Below are positions 29,878 through 36,195 of a DNA stretch of 64,000 nucleotides, piece after piece (position 1 is the first letter of the stretch; each line of letters opens with the position of its first letter). The DNA comes from Pontiella sp. (GTDB lineage: Bacteria > Verrucomicrobiota > Kiritimatiellia > Kiritimatiellales > Pontiellaceae). The stretch lies in NCBI GenBank assembly GCA_050290185.1, contig JBNKHE010000001.1, forward strand, positions 162,713 to 226,712, given 5' to 3'. Below the pieces are notes generated by a model that had not been told where the DNA came from, made no database searches, and saw only the letters and a program-made list of their open reading frames with translations. Position numbers and translations under genes: made by a program.

Positions 29878-30627
29878 ATGGGTAATACTTCAAAGGGGAA
29901 TGAAACGCAGGACGACATCTTCGTCACTACGCGGTGGACCGTGGTGCTGCATGCGGCCGACGGCTCCTCTCCGGATGCGGAGCGGGCGTTGGAGGAAATC
30001 TGCCAAGTATACTGGTTTCCACTCTATGCCTACATCCGTCGGCGCGGTCATTCGTCCGAAGATGCCGAGGACCTGACCCAGGAATTCTTTCGCCAGCTGC
30101 TGGAAAAAAACTGGATCGCGGATGCGGATCGTGAAAAGGGCAAATTGCGTGCCTTCCTGATTACGGCCCTGAAGCATTTCATGACCAGCGAATGGCGCAA
30201 GGCGACCGCGCAAAAGCGCGGAGGCGGACAGGTTCATCTTTCCATCGACACCCAGATGGCGGAGGGCCGTTATGCCGCTGCAACCAGCTCCCCCAGCATC
30301 GAAGCCGAAGCCCTGTTTGATCATGAATGGGCCCTCACCCTGTTGGAGTTGACGGTTCAGCGCCTGAAGAATGAATACCGTGATGCAGGCAAGTCCGATG
30401 AATTCGCGGCCTTGAAGGACGGCTTGTTCCTGTCACACCAGAGCGTGGACTATCCCGCCCTGGCTCTACGGCTGGGCAAAACCGAGAATGCGCTGCGTGT
30501 AATGGTTCATCGCTTGCGCAAACGCTTCCGCGAACTCTACCGCACCGAAGTCGCCCAAACCCTCCCGCCCGGCGCCGACCTTGACGAGGAAATGCACCAC
30601 CTCGCCGAAAGCCTCTCCAGCAGATAA
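29878..30627 (+). CDS. ECF-type RNA polymerase sigma factor, kinase-associated, copy 2
   Basis: Close paralog of 24894..25649 (DIFVTTRWT...EDAEDLTQEFF...HRLRKRFRELY). Confidence 0.9.
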   Translation: MGNTSKGNETQDDIFVTTRWTVVLHAADGSSPDAERALEEICQVYWFPLYAYIRRRGHSSEDAEDLTQEFFRQLLEKNWIADADREKGKLRAFLITALKHFMTSEWRKATAQKRGGGQVHLSIDTQMAEGRYAAATSSPSIEAEALFDHEWALTLLELTVQRLKNEYRDAGKSDEFAALKDGLFLSHQSVDYPALALRLGKTENALRVMVHRLRKRFRELYRTEVAQTLPPGADLDEEMHHLAESLSSR

Positions 30628-30630
30628 TGT

Positions 30631-30705
30631 CTTTTAACCGGATCACAGGAGTCCATGGATACTTGATTCCTATCCTGTACATCCGGTTGATCCTGTCTAA
30701 AATTT
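30631..30705. repeat. ATCCTGT-based 9-mer repeat with an inverted arm; right arm shared with 25736-25775
   Basis: ATTCCTATCCTGTACATCC...GTCTAAAATTT is present in both sigma-kinase spacers. Confidence 0.6.
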
Positions 30706-30714
30706 GCCTGTTTT

Positions 30715-30743
30715 TGTAACAAGTCGGTTTTGCCCGCGCAGTA
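30715..30743 (+). promoter_or_regulatory. Putative ECF promoter of kinase 2 (leaderless)
   Basis: TGTAAC-N19-AGTA-N6-ATG(30750). Confidence 0.6.
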
Positions 30744-30749
30744 GATAGT

Positions 30750-33700
30750 ATGAATACTTCACCCAACAAATCATGTCCGCAATGTGGCGGCCCGCTTCCG
30801 GATGGTTCACTTGAGGGCATTTGCCCCAAATGCCTGATGCAAATGAATCTTGCCGGTCCGACGCAAATGGAGAACGAGACCGGGGAAAAGATCAAAAAGC
30901 CTCTAGCGCCAACCATCGAAGAACTGGCACCGCATTTCCCGCAGCTCGAAATCCTGGAATTCATCGGTCAGGGCGGCATGGGCGCCGTCTACAAAGCCCG
31001 CCAGAAGGAACTGGACCGCATCGTCGCCCTCAAGATTCTCCCGCAGGAGATCGGCGAAACTCCCGGCTTTTCCGAGCGGTTCACCCGCGAAGCCCGCGCC
31101 CTCGCCAAACTCAACCATCCCGGCATTGTAACCATCCATGAGTTCGGCAAAACCGACGGGCTTTTCTTTTTCCTGATGGAATATGTCGACGGCCTCAATC
31201 TGCGGGGCCTCCTCCACGGTGGCCGCATCTCTGCCCGTGAGGCACTGGCCATCGTGCCGCAAATCTGCGATGCCCTCCAGTATGCCCACGACCACGGCAT
31301 CGTCCACCGCGACATCAAACCTGAAAATATTCTCCTCGACCGTCTCGGCCACGTAAAGGTCGCCGACTTCGGCCTCGCAAAAATCATGGGAACCCCGGAA
31401 CCCACGCCGGCTGGCTCGACGGATGTTCCAATCGGCAATCAACAATCGACCATCGGCAATGCCATTCTGGGCACGCCCAAATACATGTCGCCCGAGCAGG
31501 TCGAAGCGCCGGGCACGGTCGACCACCGCGCGGATATCTACGCCCTCGGCGTCGTTTTCTACCAGATGCTCACCGGCGAAATGCCGGACCAGGATCTGCA
31601 GCCTCCGTCTAAAAAGGTCCGCATCGACGTGCGACTCGACGAAGTCGTCCTGCGCGCGCTCGAACAAAAACCCGACCTCCGCTACCAGCAGGCCAGCATC
31701 CTCAAGACCGAAGTGGAAACCCTGATCTCAACGCCTCCAGAAAATGACAACACGGGCACTTCTGGAAGAAGCAGTACAAAACAACACAAACTCCATGCAG
31801 TCACCGCAATTCTTTGCTTCCTTGCGTCCCTGATGTGGGCTCTACGAGCCGTTTCCCTGGGTTGGAAAGGACTGACGGGCCAGCCCATCCTGATCTCCAT
31901 GATATTCCTCCTTGTCGCGACGGTTTTTGGGCTACTGTCGCGAGCTTCGGCCTATCACAGAAACCACGGTACAATGCCGCACGCCGGTGCCGGAAGGCCA
32001 AGAACAACTCCTACCCAGGCCGAACTCGATGCAATGTACAATGATCCAGCCAACTGGCGTTTGTATGTCTTTTATTTCTGCCGGCACGATCCGCGCATTG
32101 TGGTTTCCAAACGGATTGCGGGGCTGGGATGGACCATCAACTTTGCCAACCGCTGGTCGGTGCCGTTTATCCTGGGATTGGCGGGAGGTATCTACCTGCT
32201 TACTCAACTCGCGCATATTCTAGGCATGACGGGCAAGGCGTTTATTGTATACGAAACAGTTGTTGTTGCCGGGGTCGTATTGCTCTGCCACAACATGTCC
32301 CGGGCCAACAACTGGATCAACCAGCAGTCTGGCGGCAGTCATAACAGCACCTGTGGAAAATGGTCATTGGCAGTCATGGCAGTTGCTATGCTGGGCAGTG
32401 TGATTCTGTGGTCCCACATGGATGAGCAGATGGTTATCCTTCTCTGTGGCGCGCTGTTGTTCCTTGCACTTTTCCTTGCCCTCATAGCGCGAAGATCGCT
32501 ACTTGGCAGATATGCCGGCAGGGTGGTCTATGTGGCGCTGATCATCTGGGGTGCCATTGCCTACACCCTTTGCTACTCGCATCCGGAAAGCGACCAATCT
32601 ACGCATGGAGGGGGCAGCCTGTTCGCTCCTTTCACAGATACGTTGCTGACTGCCATCGAGGTCAAGACCCAGGGAAATGGGTTTCAGCTCGGAACGCCGA
32701 TTGAGGTCGCACTCTTGCTCAAGACCCCGGGACCGCCCGAACGACCACCAAAAGTTCTGGTGACACCATCGGACCTACCGATCAGCGCCGTGCTGATGAT
32801 CGTCGATTCGAATGGCCAGACGGTGGAACTAGAAGGCCGGAACCACGCAAAGAGACTGCTGAAAACCGATGCGATTCTAGGAACGAATGAACCGCTGAAA
32901 GCCTATGCCCTGCAGCTCATGCTGTTACCAGAAGACCCGTCAAAAGTCGAAACGGAGCTAACAACCCAGGTCGACGCCATTGCCCGGCTGAAACCCGGCA
33001 CATACCACTTCCGATATCTGCTGCGACCACCGGAACATCTGCATCTTCGGACCCTGGATGACAAACCGCAAGATTGGCGGCCTGAATACTACTCACCGCC
33101 CCTGTTCATCAAGGTCGGCGCATCAAACCGTGTTGAGATCCGCGGAGCCTATCCCGATATGCCAACCACCCCCACCCTTGCAAAACAGAAATCATCCGCC
33201 GGTGCCTTCACCGGGGAAAAAATACTTCACTTGAGCCCGGGTCGCGAAGGTGTGCTGAATGGATTGTGCTTGGATTTGGATACCGGCGAATCCACCACGG
33301 CTAACTGGGATTTGTCGGTAGGCAACAAGGTACCGGGGAATTGGCTCACATGGAAAGGTATGGACCTGATATTCGTCTGTGCAGACGACGGCGGGGACTG
33401 GATGCTGGGATCGCCGGTTGAAGCCTATCCGGATCTGGCCCGCATACCCCGAAACACATGGGCCACGGTCACTGTGGCCGAGTTGCGGGATGCGCTGGAA
33501 AGCGACAACACAGGTATGGAGCACATTGATATAAACGGCAGTGGCAACTTCTGCCGATCTGATGGCAAGGAATTATCAGACCTAACCCTTGCCTTCCGCA
33601 CGGCAGACGGCTCTCTCGGTGTAATGGATGTCGAGCGGCTTGCGGATTACGACAACGCCCTTCGCATCCGCTACAAACTCGCGCAAGCCCCCCGTGCAGT

Positions 33701-34589
33701 GGCTTCACAGGCAAGGGGCTTTGGCCTCGAACGGCATGTCCAGCTGTGGGATAAGTTCCACAATCCTAAATTCCTAGATCTGGACATCGGACGCGCCATT
33801 ACCATGCCGGAAATGTTGGTTGGGGATGAGGCGAGGGCCCCTGACTGGTTTTCGGATTCCGGAGCGGAGCTGTTTTTCCGCCTGAAAGACAAACAACTGG
33901 TTTTGGGGACGCTACCGGATCTGGGACTTAAGTTGGTTCGTATTCCTACCGAGCGCGTATCCGGAATCACCCCCGAGGATGTGGACGCGATCCTGAAAGA
34001 ATCCAGCCCTGGATTACCGGTCGAAAAATCGAATCTGAATAAGAAATGCAGCACGCCAGGGGTTTTTGATGTCTATCGGCTTCCCTATCCACCTTACGAT
34101 CGACTGGCACTGGCCTTCCGTACCAAGAGCGGTACTACCGGCGTTCTGTATATCAAGGGATATGACTACAAACAGAGTTCATTGTGGTGCAGCTGCCGAA
34201 CGATCGAAACCCCGCCCACACTCCACAGTACCGCGCACCCCGATCCCGGACTGCTCAATGGCGAATGGAAGTGGGATTCCGGCTCCCAATATGGAAGCAT
34301 GCGGTTCAATCCAGATGGAAGCTGGAGCCTTGAAAGCAGGGATCCCTATTTTGCCTATGAATCCGCCGGTACATGGCGATTGGAAGATTCCTCTCTGATC
34401 ACCCATGTGGAGACCAGCAACACGCCTGAGGAGATCGGTTTAACCTATTGCAATGAGATCTCCGTCCTGACGGAGGCTCGCCTCATCCTGAACCTGGATG
34501 ATGGGACGGGCCAACTATGCACGGCTGAATACCAGCGAGTACAAACAGTGGGACGCGGCATCGAAAGCCGTTCGCACAATCCCCCATGA
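30750..34589 (+). CDS. Membrane-bound Hanks-type Ser/Thr protein kinase, copy 2, with a DUF5808-like motif and repeated extracytoplasmic modules
   Basis: Kinase domain near-identical to copy 1; DPANW..YVFYF..HDPRIVVSKR..GLGWTINFAN; several TM segments; long C-terminus. Confidence 0.95.
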   Translation: MNTSPNKSCPQCGGPLPDGSLEGICPKCLMQMNLAGPTQMENETGEKIKKPLAPTIEELAPHFPQLEILEFIGQGGMGAVYKARQKELDRIVALKILPQEIGETPGFSERFTREARALAKLNHPGIVTIHEFGKTDGLFFFLMEYVDGLNLRGLLHGGRISAREALAIVPQICDALQYAHDHGIVHRDIKPENILLDRLGHVKVADFGLAKIMGTPEPTPAGSTDVPIGNQQSTIGNAILGTPKYMSPEQVEAPGTVDHRADIYALGVVFYQMLTGEMPDQDLQPPSKKVRIDVRLDEVVLRALEQKPDLRYQQASILKTEVETLISTPPENDNTGTSGRSSTKQHKLHAVTAILCFLASLMWALRAVSLGWKGLTGQPILISMIFLLVATVFGLLSRASAYHRNHGTMPHAGAGRPRTTPTQAELDAMYNDPANWRLYVFYFCRHDPRIVVSKRIAGLGWTINFANRWSVPFILGLAGGIYLLTQLAHILGMTGKAFIVYETVVVAGVVLLCHNMSRANNWINQQSGGSHNSTCGKWSLAVMAVAMLGSVILWSHMDEQMVILLCGALLFLALFLALIARRSLLGRYAGRVVYVALIIWGAIAYTLCYSHPESDQSTHGGGSLFAPFTDTLLTAIEVKTQGNGFQLGTPIEVALLLKTPGPPERPPKVLVTPSDLPISAVLMIVDSNGQTVELEGRNHAKRLLKTDAILGTNEPLKAYALQLMLLPEDPSKVETELTTQVDAIARLKPGTYHFRYLLRPPEHLHLRTLDDKPQDWRPEYYSPPLFIKVGASNRVEIRGAYPDMPTTPTLAKQKSSAGAFTGEKILHLSPGREGVLNGLCLDLDTGESTTANWDLSVGNKVPGNWLTWKGMDLIFVCADDGGDWMLGSPVEAYPDLARIPRNTWATVTVAELRDALESDNTGMEHIDINGSGNFCRSDGKELSDLTLAFRTADGSLGVMDVERLADYDNALRIRYKLAQAPRAVASQARGFGLERHVQLWDKFHNPKFLDLDIGRAITMPEMLVGDEARAPDWFSDSGAELFFRLKDKQLVLGTLPDLGLKLVRIPTERVSGITPEDVDAILKESSPGLPVEKSNLNKKCSTPGVFDVYRLPYPPYDRLALAFRTKSGTTGVLYIKGYDYKQSSLWCSCRTIETPPTLHSTAHPDPGLLNGEWKWDSGSQYGSMRFNPDGSWSLESRDPYFAYESAGTWRLEDSSLITHVETSNTPEEIGLTYCNEISVLTEARLILNLDDGTGQLCTAEYQRVQTVGRGIESRSHNPP

Positions 34590-34726
34590 TCGCTCGCATC
34601 AGTCTGAACGCTGTACTCAACACAAAATACGGTATAACAGTAGGTGTAATTTATAATTGGAAATTTCATAAGGGTCATACAGGATCCCGAACAAGTCGAA
34701 AAACCACAACTACAGGGGAAATGACG

Positions 34727-35728
34727 ATGAAGAAGAACGTTCCAGCTATCATACTCGCAATCGTTGGCATCGTATTGCTGATCGCCTATATCAATTCAAA
34801 CAAACACGTTAAACAACTGCAGCAGGAGCTTGCCCAACTGAAGAGCGTGAATGCCTCCGTCCCGCTCGATCAGGACACGAAAGCCGGCGCCCCCGACCTT
34901 GCGACCCGTCCAGACCAAGCCGGCGCCCCCGACCTTGCGACCCGTCCAGACCAAGCCGGCGACTCCAACCAAATCGCTAATCTGGAGACCACCGAGCCAG
35001 CATCTGAAAGCACCAAGGACACCGGGCGACGCATGATGGAAAACATGGCCAAGATGATGGACAACCCGACCATGAACAAGGTCATGGAGGCGAGCCAACG
35101 TGGCGCGGTTGGAGCCCTTTATGCCGATTTGATTGAATATCTAAACCTGAATAAAGAAGAAACCGCCTATTTCATGGATCTGCTCATGTACCGGCAAATG
35201 AAGCAGATGGATCTGGGCATGAAGATGATGTCCGGAAACTTGAGCGAAGAGGAAAAGGAGACCCTCTCTGAAGAAATCCAGAAGGCTCAGGACACGGTCA
35301 AGGAGGAGATGGAAAAATTCCTGAACAGCGAAGACGATTATGCCGAATTTGAGTTCTACGAAAAAACCATAGGAGAACGGATGATGTTATCGCAGATGGA
35401 CAAGGATCTGTCTGGATCCGATGCCACCTTGTCCGACCAAACCTATCGTGAACTACTGGGCATCATGCACGACGAACGGGAAAGCTTTGATTTTTCCAGC
35501 GACCTCAGCGATCAAGAAAACACAGATCTGAGCCCGCAACGCTTCTCGAAGAAAAACGTGCAGAACTTTGCCGATGATCTTCAGCGATTGAACGACTCCA
35601 TAAGCCAAAAAGCGAAGAGCATCCTTACACCCGAACAGTATGCGGTTTTTCTCAGCAGTTTAAAGGCCACCACCGATATGCAGGTTTCACAAATGGAAAT
35701 GGCCGCACAAATGTTTGGCGGTGAATAA
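34727..35728 (+). CDS. Membrane-anchored helical periplasmic protein ending in an LTxxQ motif
   Basis: N-terminal TM, coiled coil, Met/Glu-rich helices, ILTPEQ near the end; SD AGGGG before ATG 34727. Confidence 0.7.
   Translation: MKKNVPAIILAIVGIVLLIAYINSNKHVKQLQQELAQLKSVNASVPLDQDTKAGAPDLATRPDQAGAPDLATRPDQAGDSNQIANLETTEPASESTKDTGRRMMENMAKMMDNPTMNKVMEASQRGAVGALYADLIEYLNLNKEETAYFMDLLMYRQMKQMDLGMKMMSGNLSEEEKETLSEEIQKAQDTVKEEMEKFLNSEDDYAEFEFYEKTIGERMMLSQMDKDLSGSDATLSDQTYRELLGIMHDERESFDFSSDLSDQENTDLSPQRFSKKNVQNFADDLQRLNDSISQKAKSILTPEQYAVFLSSLKATTDMQVSQMEMAAQMFGGE
34881..34961 (+). repeat. Perfect in-frame 36-bp tandem duplication (2.25 copies)
   Basis: AAGCCGGCGCCCCCGACCTTGCGACCCGTCCAGACC x2, encoding AGAPDLATRPDQ. 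Confidence 0.95.
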
Positions 35729-35740
35729 TAAGGGTTCTCA

Positions 35741-36076
35741 ATGAAAAAGCTCGTACTGATTTCCGTATTGATGCTGGCCTTCGCCTGTGCATGGGGGCTG
35801 ATGTCGTCCAATGTTTCGATCACCGTTAATGGACAGGAGTTCCATGGACCGCTCGAAACCATGATCGGAGGATGGGGACTGATCATTGCAACCGTTGGTT
35901 TCTTTTGCATCGCCATTCTGCTGGCATTTATTTTAGCGGGGATTGGGCTTATCATACTGGGTGTCATGGCCCTGGTGGGATTCATTATGCTGGGCGCGAT
36001 TTTCCCCTTTCTTCTGCCCTTGCTGATTCCGTTGCTGATCGTATGGGCCGTCTGCGCGGGGAGCCGTAGAAGGTAG
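35741..36076 (+). CDS. Small hydrophobic membrane protein
   Basis: 111 aa, mostly hydrophobic, 12 nt after the upstream stop. Confidence 0.7.
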   Translation: MKKLVLISVLMLAFACAWGLMSSNVSITVNGQEFHGPLETMIGGWGLIIATVGFFCIAILLAFILAGIGLIILGVMALVGFIMLGAIFPFLLPLLIPLLIVWAVCAGSRRR

Positions 36077-36195
36077 AAGCGAGTCGGAATAAACTACAGC
36101 AACCAGTAGACCGTATTTCGCAATTCCCTCGGTTTCAATTCGCTCCGTGATGACGAATCCTGTAAATGTTTCGTCATTTAACGCATGGAGCAAAA

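Noticed and set aside
25821..31720. Near-identical kinase regions as a diversity-generating retroelement template/variable pair
   Set aside because: Both copies are intact coding sequence, the differences I inspected are mostly synonymous and not adenine-specific, and there is no reverse transcriptase in the window.
34645..34650. TGTAAT upstream of the 34727 gene as another ECF promoter
   Set aside because: No AGTA-like element at the 19-nt spacing; the AT-rich context makes a chance match likely.
34881..34961. 36-bp direct repeat as a CRISPR array
   Set aside because: The copies are adjacent with no spacers, lie in frame inside a CDS, and no cas genes are present.
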